This document shows positions 12,697 through 24,191 of a stretch of 64,000 nucleotides of DNA, piece after piece (position 1 is the stretch's first letter; each line of letters starts with the position of its first letter). The notes under the pieces are model-generated. The model was not told where the DNA came from, did no database searches, and saw only the letters and a list, made by a program, of their open reading frames with translations. This DNA is from Guillardia theta CCMP2712. Taxonomy: Eukaryota > Protista > Cryptophyta. The stretch is from contig NW_005434609.1 in the NCBI RefSeq assembly GCF_000315625.1, positions 277,864 through 341,863 of the forward strand, read 5' to 3'. Made by a program: the position numbers and the translations under genes.

Positions 12697-13888
12697 CTCC
12701 GAGGCTCTGAATCTGAGCCACACAGACACACTGGAAAAGACACAACTATACCACAGTTACAGAAGTTCTCACCTTGAAGCAAGAATGTATTCTTGCTAGA
12801 CTGAGATCCTGGATCGTTCCATGGTATTGAAACATGTTCCCCCCAATAATCACGAGCCGGATCCTCACAGTGTCATGTACGAGCTTGTGGTGTTGAAGCT
12901 TGCATAACTTGCCTTGTGAAGTATTTCACCATCCTAGTTGCCAGCTAACTGATACACCGGGAACCCTGAAAGCCATCGGCGGTGTGAGGATGAGGATGGG
13001 ATCGAGGAAAAAGATAGAGATTTAGAAATTCAGGTATACATCGCAGATTTTTTCAAGTACAAGCAAAGATGACCTCAGTGTTGGACTTGCTTGCCATCCC
13101 CGCCTCCTCCTCCACACCAGCTTCTCTGCTACCTTCCCTTCTCCGCATTTCCGAATCCCCCGGCCCACAAACTCTTTCCTGCGCCTTCCCCCTACGACCC
13201 CTCCACCGTACTGCTTCTATACCCCACCCCCTCGCTCCCCGCCCCCGCTCCTGCAGCTCCCCCCAGAGCTCCCCCTGGCAGCTCCTGCTAACACCCCCAG
13301 CCTCTTCTGCTCTTACTCCTCCTATCTCAGATGCATCCCATGCTGTCATGACCGATGAGCGTACCTGACGCTCCAGCGAGGGAGGAGGCGACATCTGCGC
13401 TAGAGTGCGAGCCGTCGCAAGCAGAGGAAGTCGAGGGGATGCAGGGGGAGCAGGAGGCAGAAGCTCTCCGGTCTGAGAGCTTCACAGACGACAGGAGGTG
13501 AGGGGAGGCAGCAGCTTGAGCTGGTAAAGTTGCGCCATGTTCTTTGACGATGCATGTCTGCCAGTTCCCTCCTCCTCAACCCGAAGAAGAGAAGAAACGT
13601 CCGACTGCCTCCTCAGCAAGATATCAGCCGCTCCTCCTGCTCTGGCTTCTTCAGATCTTCCCTCTCCTTCCTTCGGAATTCAGGCACGTTCGTTTCTGTG
13701 CATTGACCCGCCATGGTGTAACGAGTTCCGCAGTGTCTGACCAATGGTCCCTGACGCTCGTGCTGCTTCGCCACAAATGTCTGCGGTAAGTGTTTTGAAA
13801 GCAGAAGAACCAAAGGAAGGCACATAGGGAGCAGAGGGAGAGGAGGAGGAGGGGAGGGGGGGGGGGGGGAGGGAGGAGGGAGGGAGGG

Positions 13889-13988
13889 NNNNNNNNNNNN
13901 NNNNNNNNNNNNNNNNNNNNNNNNNNNNNNNNNNNNNNNNNNNNNNNNNNNNNNNNNNNNNNNNNNNNNNNNNNNNNNNNNNNNNNNN
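13889..13988. other. assembly gap (100 N)
   Basis: Run of N. Confidence 1.
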
Positions 13989-14110
13989 CGGAGAATGAAT
14001 CTGAGAGGGGGGGATTTATGTTCGATAGTTTACAAGATTAGCACATGAGGGCCCAGAAGACGAGGTTGGATTGCAAGGACCGCCGAGGAACTCGGTGACG
14101 GGAATGTAAC

Positions 14111-17100
14111 TTGTTCCACAATCATATCGCTAAAACCATCGCCATACACCCCGCTGACCAATCCTCCTCCTTTCCTCTCTCCCTCACCTTTGGTCGCCAG
14201 GCAGCACCCAGGGAGTTCCGTCCGCGTCTCGAGGGTAGTACCCCTCCCATCCCCAGTCTCGTACGCTCCAGTGTAGAGATCGTGATAGAAGCTCTTAAGG
14301 AGGAGGGGGAGGGGGAGGAGGAGAGGCAGGAGGAGCAGAAGGTGGTTGTGGACATGGACATGGACGTGGTGGTAGCTGCAAGGCTGCGAAAGAAGAGAGG
14401 AGGTAAAACATGGGCTGATGGGGGTCCAGGCACTTGACTGTTGTCGTGTGGCTGGTGACGATCGGGGGGAACCTGCAGAAGCCAGTGATCAGCTTCTTCT
14501 ACCTGAAGGTGAGAGGGGGGAAGGTGAAAGTTCAGTCCCGTCCTGCTCCTGACTGGTGGGCTTGTCAGTTGTCGATGTCAGCGATTGAGATAGGAAGGGT
14601 CGGCTTTATCGTCATGCTGGTCGTCCTGCTAGGCAGTCCAGTCTATGGCTATCTCATGGATCGCCGGAGCGCGTTCTTGGTGAGGGGTAGGGGTAGCTGG
14701 CAGGGGGGACAATGATGGTGCAGGAAGGAGGGTGGCCATGGTGGTGGATGGAAAGAATGGAGAGACGGTGGAGGAGAAGATTTTTCAAGGAGATGGCTCA
14801 GAATGAGGGGAGGGAGGGAAGCAAAGGAGGGATCAGTGGGAGGAGCGAGAATAGAGCGGGAAAGAAGGAGGGAGGTAACTCATGCAATGTTCAAGGCCGT
14901 TCTACTCTCACTCTCCATGTGCGGAGTCGGATGCTTTCTCCGCGGTATCGCGACCGATGTCAACATGGTCTACCTTGCAGCATTCATCCTTGGTATCCTC
15001 CCTTGCCACACCCATCCCACCCCCCCCCTCCTCCCTCACCTCTCTTCTGCTCCCTCTGCTCCCTCTGCTCTGACTGCTCCATCTCCTTTCCTCTGCTCCT
15101 CTGCTCTCTCTCCTGTCTTTTCCTTCCTCTCCTTCCTTCCCTCCTTTTCATCCTTGCCCAACCTCCTTCCTCTGCCCTCTTCATCCTCGAGCAATCGGCT
15201 CAGGCCCTCACAGGCCTTGGCTCCTATTCCTTCGAGACCATGGCGCTAGCAGCGCTCTCAAGGTTTGCGTCTGCAGATTTCAGGTAAATTGTGCGATTTT
15301 GTTGTTGAGAAGGGTCGAGGGGTGGGAAGTGTGAGGAAATGCGGTTGAAGAGGAAGGAGAGGAGAGAGGAGAGGCGATTGATTCTCATGGATTGAGATGC
15401 GAGCAGGTTTCTTATTGTCAGCGGCTTTTTGCTACAGATCAAGTTGATTGCAATAGGTCGACTTTCCCCTGCTCCTCCCTGTCTCTGTTCCGAATTTCTA
15501 TCCATCGTTGCTAATGTTCGTTCTTCTTGATCCATCCCTTTATATCACTTGGCCTGTTCTGGGCTAACGACGACGATGTTGAGTGCAGTCACCCGACTGA
15601 TTTATCCTGCTTGGACTTACTTCGTCGAGAACGCCATGAAGATATCTGATGCCATGACAAGGCAGACCTTTCTTATCATTGAGAGGTTGAGACTCATGAC
15701 ATGCCGATAGATATCGTATTGCCATGGGATTGTGCATTGCTCCTTGTCTTGTTGGCTTTCTTTGGCTGCTCGGCCAGCGCGAGGTTGCTTACGTTGAAGC
15801 TTACATTTGTGATATGACTGCAAATGGAAGAAATTCGTGTCTTTGGAGCGAGAGATGGGGAAGATGGAGCAGAGCAGCAACGAAGAAGCTTCAGAAGAAG
15901 GTTGATCACTGTCATGATAACACCACCTGCACCACATCTACTCTGAACTTCCTGCAGATCCTCCGAACCCTCAGGAGCAAAGGAATTCTTTCATGGATAT
16001 CTTCGACACGAAGAGACCGTCCGAGCGGGACTGGTCACGATTTTTCCTCCTCTCCTGCATCCTCCTCTTCAACTCCTTCACGTCAACGACACTCCTAGTA
16101 CGGAAGCGATGCTGCTTTACCGACTAGTCCCCTGACTTGTGCAAGACTTTGTGGCCTTTGTTTGTCAACTTCCACTTCAAGTGGGACGACAACCAATACT
16201 CTTTCATGCTCCTCCTGTCAAGCCTGGTAGGGCTGAATGAACGGCAAGCAGTTGTTGATGCTGATACCTCAAGGTCTCTGCCGTCTGTCTTCTTCTCGGG
16301 CCCAAATTTGAAGAATCTTTCGGAAGCCTTCGTAAGATTGTTCCTGGAAACATTCGCTCTGGTTCACTGACAATATCTTCCAAGAAACTCGAATGGTCGT
16401 GAGTGTACTGGGGGGATTCTTGTCGATTATTTCATTCAGCATGCAACAGAACACAACACAATCGGTAAGACACTTCCCCTTGCTTTCTGATCATTTCAGC
16501 ATGTTGATTACGATCTCACTGCTTTCAGATCACGATCCATGTCATTTCAACTATTTTGCTCATTGGCTGCTGTACATTTCTCGACGCAGCGATACAGGTA
16601 ATGCTACTCTCATGCCCTTGTTCTCAGTGTCTCTTGCTTGCCTGCCCATCCCCTATTTCTCTTTGACTTGTCCTACCTCGCCTTGGTGTTTCTTCTTCGA
16701 TCCCTCCCTCCCCTCGCTTGTAGTCCTCACATAGTCCAAGTCCCCCTGATAAATGGACGATTGATGGACAGACTTGGATTATGGACTATAGACGATTGAA
16801 AACTGTTTAGTTTCACTTTGCTGTTCGACCCTCTTGCTCCATCCCCTCATTTTCTCCCCTCATCTTCGCTCCTCCTCCTGAGCTCCCTCTGTAGTGTCTC
16901 ACCATCACTTGCGCAGTCTGCTGCGTCTCTCTGTCTCGGCATCTCCCTGCATGGCCGTCAGTTCGGCATCCTTGCAACCTTCAACGGGATGGGCAATATC
17001 CTTGCCAACCTCCTCAGCGCCTTCCTCTACCAAGCGAGCTTGGACTCCGAGTTCGGTGAGAACATGGAACAGATTCTTCTCTCTCTCCCCTCCCCCCTCC

Positions 17101-17622
17101 TTTCCTCTCCGCTCTCGTCCTGTCTTGCTGTGCATCTGTGTATCACATGGCTGCTGGTGTTGTGGGACTTTGTCGTCTTTTCCTTGTGCTTGAGCTCCAT
17201 TCTATCATCTCATGTTATTCTCTATTGCTAGATCCTTTTCCCATCCCGCTTCCTCCCTCCTCTTCCTCCTCTCTTCCTCCTCTTGCAACATCTCAATCTC
17301 GCTCTTTCTCTCGCTCTTTTGGTCTCGCTCTACCTGTCTTCACAGCTTTGTCATTAGGGTTCGGAGCTGGAGGGGCCCTCCCTCTCTTCATCGCTGGCAT
17401 GCTGATGCTTGCTAACGTTGTCCTGCTGGTCCTTGCTGAGATGCTCAAGTCTCCGACTGCTGGTGAACCTTCTTGCCTTCACCCTGTGTACTCATGTGGG
17501 CTGACTCAGGAGATGCTGTCGTATCAGAGCAAGGGGACCAGAGGCGTGTGGGTAACAGGGAGAAAGGCATCGTGTTCCTGCGTGTTGAGGAGAGGACAAG
17601 GTCGGCAGATCAAGGGTTGTGA
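14111..17622 (+). CDS. major facilitator superfamily transporter, multi-exon (start uncertain)
   Basis: Spliced transmembrane segments: VVVWLVTIGGNLQKPVISFFYLK, VLLGSPVYGYLMDRRS (MFS motif-A-like), AVLLSLSMCGVGCFLRGIATDVNMVYLAAFILG, LWPLFVNFHFKWDDNQYS, HGRQFGILATFNGMGNILANLLSAFLY, GALPLFIAGMLMLANVVLL; stop at 17620-17622. Confidence 0.8.
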
Positions 17623-17717
17623 AGTTGCAGAAGCAAGGGAGTGATCGTGTTGTATTGTACCAACGATCAACTTGTGTAACATGACAAACCGCGAGCTTTT
17701 TTGGAGAGGCTCGTTAA

Positions 17718-18396
17718 TCATACAAAGTATCTCAACTTCTCATCATGCTCCTCGGAGACAAGGTTGTTGAAGTACCTGAATGGCAAGTAAAGTTAGCATG
17801 ATCTCCCTTCCTCGCATCTCTGTCACCTCTCGTCTCTCTTCGACTGCGTGAGCTGCGCTCCTGGCTCCACGACAAACTTGGTGATGTCTACAAAGGTAGA
17901 GGCAATGATGCTCCTCCTCTCTCCATCAAGCATGGTTGGGATCGTAGAGTCTCTCAGATCGTTCTCGTACGTCTGCGAAGATAAGTGGTGCTGATCTCCA
18001 TACGTCTCCTCCCGCTTTCTGCCCACAAAGGGAGCCTGAACAGTATCGCAGTCCAGGAATCCAGACAGGAGGCTTCCAAGCAAGTCCATCGGCCTGTCTG
18101 GCCTCTCGTTCTTCTTTACAGCTCCTGAGCTGGGGATCGGGGAGAACCTATAGTACTGGATGGGGACGTGGACGAAGCTCTGCGTCGACCCCTCGACGTA
18201 ATGTCGGATCGTGTCATCGTACGAGTCCATCCCGCTGAAGGAAAGAAGTATCAGCGACTCTCCTCGATCAACACAACACTGCAGGCGCATCTGACAACCC
18301 ATCGATCATGGTTCTCTACCTGCTCGCATCCCCGCCATCGTCGTTCATGGTCTCGTCATGCGCTACATTGACTAGCCCAGACTGCGACGCTGCCAT
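17718..18396 (-). CDS. hypothetical protein, 3 exons
   Basis: MAASQSGLVNVAHDETMNDDGGMRA | GMDSYDDTIRHYVEG...SKRDER | YFNNLVSEEHDEKLRYFV*, with GT-AG introns in phase. Confidence 0.6.
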
Positions 18397-19492
18397 GGGT
18401 CGCGGGGTCAAGCGCCAGGACAGTACGGTGTAGTCCCCCTGTTGAGTAAAGTTCTATCGAGACCTCAAAGCTGGACATGATTTAGGACACAATTGAAATT
18501 CTCGGGGCTAAATTCATTTCAGCAGTTCACAATAGAGAAGAATATTGAATAATAAAACTATTGTTAATTTTTTTGCTGTACCACAAAGTTGGTGCCTAAT
18601 AATAAATTTTCTGTCATAATCTAAAACAGGGGTTTTAAATCAGTACCATGATTCAAATATCAGAAGTTGAGCGGGTACCTGCTGTTAGTACGAGGGAGCG
18701 GCCATGGTGTTGTGCCGCGGCGTAGGGGCAGTGGGGCTCTGGGAGAGAGAGGAAGAGGAGAGGAGTAAAGAGGCGAGAGTGAGGGAAGGGGAGGAGAGAA
18801 GAAAGAACCCGGGAATTGTGTAGGATAGGAGAGTAATTGAGTTCAGCAAGGTGGGAAGATCGGCGGGAGGTAGATGATTTTCAAGTGGAGGAGGAAGCAT
18901 ATTTTAATGGTGCAGCGAAAGAGCAAGTGGAGGATTGTGCTTGCGATGACGATCGCGGCCATGAAGACCATGATGACGATGATGACGATGATGATGACGA
19001 CAGTGGTATTATTTGATATGATGATGGTTTAGGCAGGATGTATTGAGTAGGAGGGAAGGAAAAGAACAGCAGAACGGATGGAGTTTTGTAGCAAAGCATG
19101 ATACCAAAGAGCAGTAGAGAACATAGTCGATTTGAGAATATTCTAGGAGAGCCATAGTCACTTTTGATTTGTAATTTAACCGTGTTCACTTCGAATGTTG
19201 CAATGCATGAAAACAAAAGTGGTGAAATTGCAAATTCACACTCCGACTTTTCCCTTTCAGTTTGAGTTGAAGGCAGCCTTGTACTGCTTGCTTTCTTTCT
19301 TGTTGGTTTTGGTATTGCCATCTCACCCAAGCAATTTCTTGCACTTTTTGTGTCATGTTCAAGTTTTCTGAGATGAGGGGAATGTAACATTTCAACATCA
19401 ACACTTTATCTTAATCTTGTTCGTCATAACGCTCTTGCTTCTCTTGCAGGTTTACAGCCCAAAACTCTTTCTCTCCCCCTCTCTTTCCGTCT

Positions 19493-21124
19493 ATGCCGCA
19501 ATCGTCGAGAGAGGAGTGTTCGGGCTGTCTGCAGAAGCAAAGGCAGTCAAACTTCAGGAACATCAAAGAATTCCCCGGTCTTAGGCTCTGCACGACATGC
19601 CGAGGGAAGTACATGCGCAACATGAAGAACAGGGACGATGACCCCAACGCGATCGACGGCAGCATGCAGGCGATGAATGGAGCACAGCAGGAGATGCCCA
19701 TCCCGCCGCCGATGCAGATGCCGATGGGAGTGCCGATGCAAAGACAGCAGCACTCCATGGCTATCGGCGAGATCTGCACAGCCTCCGAGGGCCTTGACAT
19801 GGGCATGGAGGGACCGAGCGCTGGAAGCTCGAGGCCTGCCCCCTCCTACTCCTCCATCCTGTCGCCGAGCAACGGCGTACAAGGAGGTCAGCAGGCGGCA
19901 GACGGCAGGGGGCAAGTTCACCAGTGGACCGACGAGGCGACCTTCTATCTGCTCCGGTACATGATGAGCGTCGGCATCACGACGCTGTCGATTCCGCGGG
20001 GATGGCATGAGAAGGAATCTGAGGGGAGGCTGCAGTGGGTGGAGAGCGCGGTCATCCAGTTGTCGCTCACGGGCTTCAAGACCGACGCGCATCATGTCTA
20101 CCTGAGGGTCCGCACCCTCCGCGATCGCTTCGGCGTTGGGCAGGACTCGTTCATGCACTGCTACATGACGTTTGCTCAGAGCTGCGACCCGAACCGCACC
20201 ATGTTCAGCCAGCTCTCCATGATCTACGAGGAGCTCACCACCCTCCGCAAGGAGAACGCAAGTCTGCGCAAGAGCATGGCGAAGCATGGTGACCGTGTCA
20301 TACGATGGAGCAACATACAGGACCCGCACGAGCTTCAGTCGGAAGTTCGTTCGTATGCGAGCAGGTGCGAAACACTTTCTCTTCTCATCCTCCTCTCAGG
20401 AGGCTGCTGTTATGACCCTTCTCTTGCTAGGTATGGATCTCAGATCGGAACCGATCGTACGAAGCTTCCGGATGACAACCCAGAAGAGCAGCGGGAGCAT
20501 CCCCTCCAGGCCATCGTGCAGACTGTGAGCTCCTTGTCCAATCGCTACCGAGCCGACGTCATCAAGGCCTGCATCGAGGCTCATGCGCTGCAATGCAGAA
20601 TCTCCAACATCAACCTCAAGGACGACCCCGAGATGTACAACGTGGTGAACAGCAGATTAGCTTGTCGTCAGCTCCAGTCCGTCAACCTCCCAGACATCGT
20701 CTCGAAGCTCGTGGAGTTCGCCACTGAGAACATCCAGGGCCTGAAGAACTCTCACAGGATTATGCCCTTCCTCGTCCACGACTGGTGTCAGCAGGGGCTG
20801 TGCACAGATATCCGCAACATGCGCTACTCTGAGCAGGTGCACGAGTTCGCGGAGAACTTGCGGTCAAACACGCAGGGCAAGGGCTATCGGTTCATGAGAG
20901 GGCGAGCCTCCAAGGGCAAGCTGACGCCTGGCAACACAAACGCGCGACTGAGCCCGTCAACGACTTACATGAACCTGCCGCTGCCCAGCCCCAGCACGAT
21001 CATGAAGATTAGGAAGCGAAGGCGACAGATCGAGCTGGCATCGATGATGGGCGCGGCAGCGGACAAGGACGCGATGAAGAAGCCGGCGGCTCCTCCCCCC
21101 GAGATGCCAGCGGCTCCCATGTGA
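19493..21124 (+). CDS. putative DNA-binding protein: CxxC..CxxC finger, trihelix/Myb-SANT-like domain, coiled coil, P-element-transposase-like C-terminal segment
   Basis: 543-aa ORF with strong C/G3 codon bias and a probable in-frame 66-nt intron at 20365-20430. Motifs: CSGC...CTTC; WTDEATFYLL...W...RVRTLRDRF; MRYSEQVHEFA..L..KGYRFMRG...NLPLPSPSTI; basic NLS-like KIRKRRR. Confidence 0.8.
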   Translation: MPQSSREECSGCLQKQRQSNFRNIKEFPGLRLCTTCRGKYMRNMKNRDDDPNAIDGSMQAMNGAQQEMPIPPPMQMPMGVPMQRQQHSMAIGEICTASEGLDMGMEGPSAGSSRPAPSYSSILSPSNGVQGGQQAADGRGQVHQWTDEATFYLLRYMMSVGITTLSIPRGWHEKESEGRLQWVESAVIQLSLTGFKTDAHHVYLRVRTLRDRFGVGQDSFMHCYMTFAQSCDPNRTMFSQLSMIYEELTTLRKENASLRKSMAKHGDRVIRWSNIQDPHELQSEVRSYASRCETLSLLILLSGGCCYDPSLARYGSQIGTDRTKLPDDNPEEQREHPLQAIVQTVSSLSNRYRADVIKACIEAHALQCRISNINLKDDPEMYNVVNSRLACRQLQSVNLPDIVSKLVEFATENIQGLKNSHRIMPFLVHDWCQQGLCTDIRNMRYSEQVHEFAENLRSNTQGKGYRFMRGRASKGKLTPGNTNARLSPSTTYMNLPLPSPSTIMKIRKRRRQIELASMMGAAADKDAMKKPAAPPPEMPAAPM

Positions 21125-21244
21125 TGATTATGACGTCTCGAACATTCGAGAATCTTGACTGCCGTCGTGAAGAAGCGTTGATCCGGTTGACTCTATTGAC
21201 TCTTTTCTGTGTTGTGTAAACTATTCCTGCAATTAAGCTGCAGC

Positions 21245-22733
21245 CTACATCCTCCCCAGCTCGTTCTCTGCTCTGTTGGCGGTTAACCCCATGAGCTCAG
21301 GCTCGATCACGGCCTGGGCTCTTCTCACTCTGACACACGATTGTCCACCAGCAGATCCCCAGCTGTGGAGGATTTTCCCCTGAATGACTTGAGAGCTATC
21401 TTGGCGGTATCGATGAGCGGCTGGGAAGAGCTCTTCATCCTCCTGTAGAAACTAGTGAGCGGGTCCGAGGGCACGTGCAGTCGCCCACGCACCGGTACGC
21501 GGATTTCGCCGAGTTGTAAATCGGTCGGATGAATTTCTCAGCTCGTGACATGTCGTTTTCGGACTCGAGGAAAGATGACCGGGCGTTGGCGATCTTGACT
21601 TGTCCAGTCAGCCTGCAGCCCCAAGTCAGCAAGGAGACACAGGACACACGTCAGGTCGTCGTACTCGTCAATCTCGTAGACAGCAACTGGCCCAAGCATC
21701 CACTCGCTTATCTTCTTCAGCACGGACTCAACCTGCCGCCGGCAGTCAGCTCCTCGACAGCAGCATCTGGAAGGGTCACCATGTCCTCCAGCGGACGAAC
21801 GACAGGGAGGATGCAGGAGTTGAGAGGCGTCGCTGATAAGCCCTCGTGCATGCTGTGAGAACCGCGGAGTTCTCCTTCAACTCGAGTGACTCGTAGCTTC
21901 GAATCTTGGGATAGCAACATCTCATCTGTCCCGTCGTCATCCCAGCAATAAGTCAACTTCAAGTCCCGGGGTTTACCGTAGATGGGACAGTGGTCGCAGT
22001 TCAGAAACGTGTTCTGGTTTTCGGAATCCCAGTTTCTCCTCGACGAGAGCGTTTCCTCCCAATCGTCCAGGCTGTTCTGCTTGCTGCTGATCAGAGCAGA
22101 CGAAGAATTATTGTTCGTGAATGCCCTGCGAGACCGAGAGTTACTAGAAGTCGAGGCAGCAAGGCGCACAAGCTCACAGTCTCCATGCAGAAGGACTCTT
22201 GTTAATATTGAAATGCCGCGGAGCAGTTGAAGAAGACGTCTGCAAACCTTCTGCTGAACTTGACTGGGAGATGCCTCGAGAGACAGGTAAGTCCCTAATC
22301 GCCCTGCTCCTTGAATTAGATCGCTGTATTCACCCGCCACAAAGATTATTCGACCTGCGCTCGCCTGTTTGAGAAGAGGCTCTGTCATGATCACTCTCCT
22401 TATGATTTCCTCGTCTGCCATGCTTGGTTGCTTCAGCAACATCCCTCGCCACGTCTTGAAGAAACAAGTGCGTCTATTGAGTGCAAAAAAATTCAGAAAT
22501 GCAAAAAGCAAAAGAGAAAGAGTTACATTGCAACGCATGGCACTGTTCAGTTCAGACATCTCGGCAAAATATCGGAAGGTCTGATCGAGCACATCGGCCT
22601 GGCTGCGGTATGCTACATTCATTTCACTGGAAATCTCCTGCGGAGAAATCAACACTATTCAACCGCAGGAACCAAAATGTACATCAAGAACGAGTAGCAC
22701 GACGAGAAGAACGGTCCAACTACGTGAAGACAT
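21245..22733 (-). CDS. hypothetical protein with an N-terminal signal-like peptide, multi-exon (3' end approximate)
   Basis: MSSRSWTVLLVVLLVLD first exon, long open exon within 21717-22655, and further GT-AG-bounded exons downstream. Confidence 0.5.
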
Positions 22734-23171
22734 CTTTATACTGCACGTCTGAGCCGAAGACGGAGAGCTGTAATCAAAATTCACCGAGATTCTCCATCAA
22801 TCTGCGGGTGAAACGACGTCAGGTTTTCCTCTTCATAAACTGATTATGCCATCAACTAGACTTGATTACATCTTCGCAAAGGATCGTATCATCGACTTTC
22901 ATTCTCTCTCTCCCCCCCCCTCTCTCTCTCTCCTCTCTCCTCTCCTCCCCTCCGTCTGACCTCCGGGGTCCCCGTGCTCTACTGCCACTGGGCTCGGTCG
23001 TTTCCTGCCGGGTCTTGGCCTGCCCCGTGCTCCCCCGCATCACACTGACGCCTCCTGCTGACTTACCGCCTAACATGCATCCGCGTTGATCGAGCCTGGA
23101 TCATCGAGACTGACTTGCGCTCGAGAGCCTACACGTCTTCACGTCCCTCTGTTCCCACTTCTCTTTTACTC

Positions 23172-23348
23172 NNNNNNNNNNNNNNNNNNNNNNNNNNNNN
23201 NNNNNNNNNNNNNNNNNNNNNNNNNNNNNNNNNNNNNNNNNNNNNNNNNNNNNNNNNNNNNNNNNNNNNNNNNNNNNNNNNNNNNNNNNNNNNNNNNNNN
23301 NNNNNNNNNNNNNNNNNNNNNNNNNNNNNNNNNNNNNNNNNNNNNNNN
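23172..23348. other. assembly gap
   Basis: Run of N. Confidence 1.
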
Positions 23349-24014
23349 TCCCACCAAACAATTAACTTCATTCCTCTCCTCTCCTCTCCTCTCCTCTCCT
23401 CTCCTCTCCCTTCCTCTCCTCCCCCCAAACTCACATGCTCTCCTCTCCCTCTAGACCTTTATTCTCCTCCTTCCCTTCCTGCCCTCATCCTCTCTTCATT
23501 TCCTCTCCTCCTCCTCCATGTCCCAGACGGCTCTACATCTCCATGAACAGTTGAGGTTACGACCCCAGTACCACCCCGACCCATTCGCTCCCAAAATCTA
23601 AATGGTCTCCACCCCACCCCCTCCCAAATTCACTTTCTCCTTCTACCTACCCTACCTTAATCCCAGTGTTTTATATTTTTCCCCATACCCCTCATACCTA
23701 CCCCTTTGTTGCATGTATATTGAACAAAGCAGCACCCCATCCTGTTTCCAGGGGTAGTGAAGGGGGTGGGTCATTTTTATCCGCACGCTGGTTGGCGGGG
23801 CGTCGGCCTTGATGGCCCAAAGCAGGGCCCGGGGCCCGGACTCCGTCGGAGAATTGCCACTGAGTACGGTCAGTGCCAATTGGACTACGAGCCGGTACGG
23901 ACCCTCAGTTACCAAAAGATATCACTGATCCACGGCATGGTGTAGGCTGCGAGAGAGCAACTTCAAGTTTGAATCAGCGGGTAAAAAAGTTAACCCGCCT
24001 TCAAGTTCGAATGT

Positions 24015-24019
24015 AAAAA
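24015..24019 (-). terminator. Pol III oligo-T terminator downstream of tRNA-Sec (second T6 at 23983-23988)
   Basis: The minus strand reads GGTAATCTTTTT immediately after the tRNA-Sec discriminator G. Confidence 0.7.
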
Positions 24020-24026
24020 GATTACC

Positions 24027-24113
24027 CGCCTCGAAGGAGGAATCGAACCTCTAGGGCGTCAACCCTCACTGGATTTGAAGTCCAGCCCCAGCGCCAGCCA
24101 GGATCATCGGGGC
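24027..24113 (-). tRNA. tRNA-Sec (anticodon UCA), eukaryotic 9/4 fold
   Basis: 87 nt: GCCCCGATGATCCTGGCTGGCGCTGGGGCTGGACTTCAAATCCAGTGAGGGTTGACGCCCTAGAGGTTCGATTCCTCCTTCGAGGCG. It has a 9-bp acceptor stem, long D stem, CTGGA-CTTCAAA-TCCAG anticodon arm, long variable arm, 4-bp T stem and discriminator G, and resembles animal tRNA-Sec (GCCCGGATGATCCTC...). Confidence 0.92.
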
Positions 24114-24118
24114 AAACC

Positions 24119-24191
24119 TGGACAACCCGGGTATCGATCCCGGTGCCTCTCGCATGCTAAGCGAGCGCTCTACCATCTGAGCTAGTCGCCC
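24119..24191 (-). tRNA. tRNA-Ala (AGC)
   Basis: 73-nt cloverleaf GGGCGACTAGCTCAGATGGTAGAGCGCTCGCTTAGCATGCGAGAGGCACCGGGATCGATACCCGGGTTGTCCA, with G3:U70 and anticodon AGC. Confidence 0.97.

Noticed and set aside
12105-13825. Minus-strand gene or UGA-readthrough selenoprotein
   Set aside because: Splice-like signals exist, but the frames I tried hit stops, and I saw no redox motif or SECIS. It may be a decayed gene next to the gap; left uncalled.
19547-20329. 260-aa antisense ORF
   Set aside because: Shadow of the strongly codon-biased sense gene.
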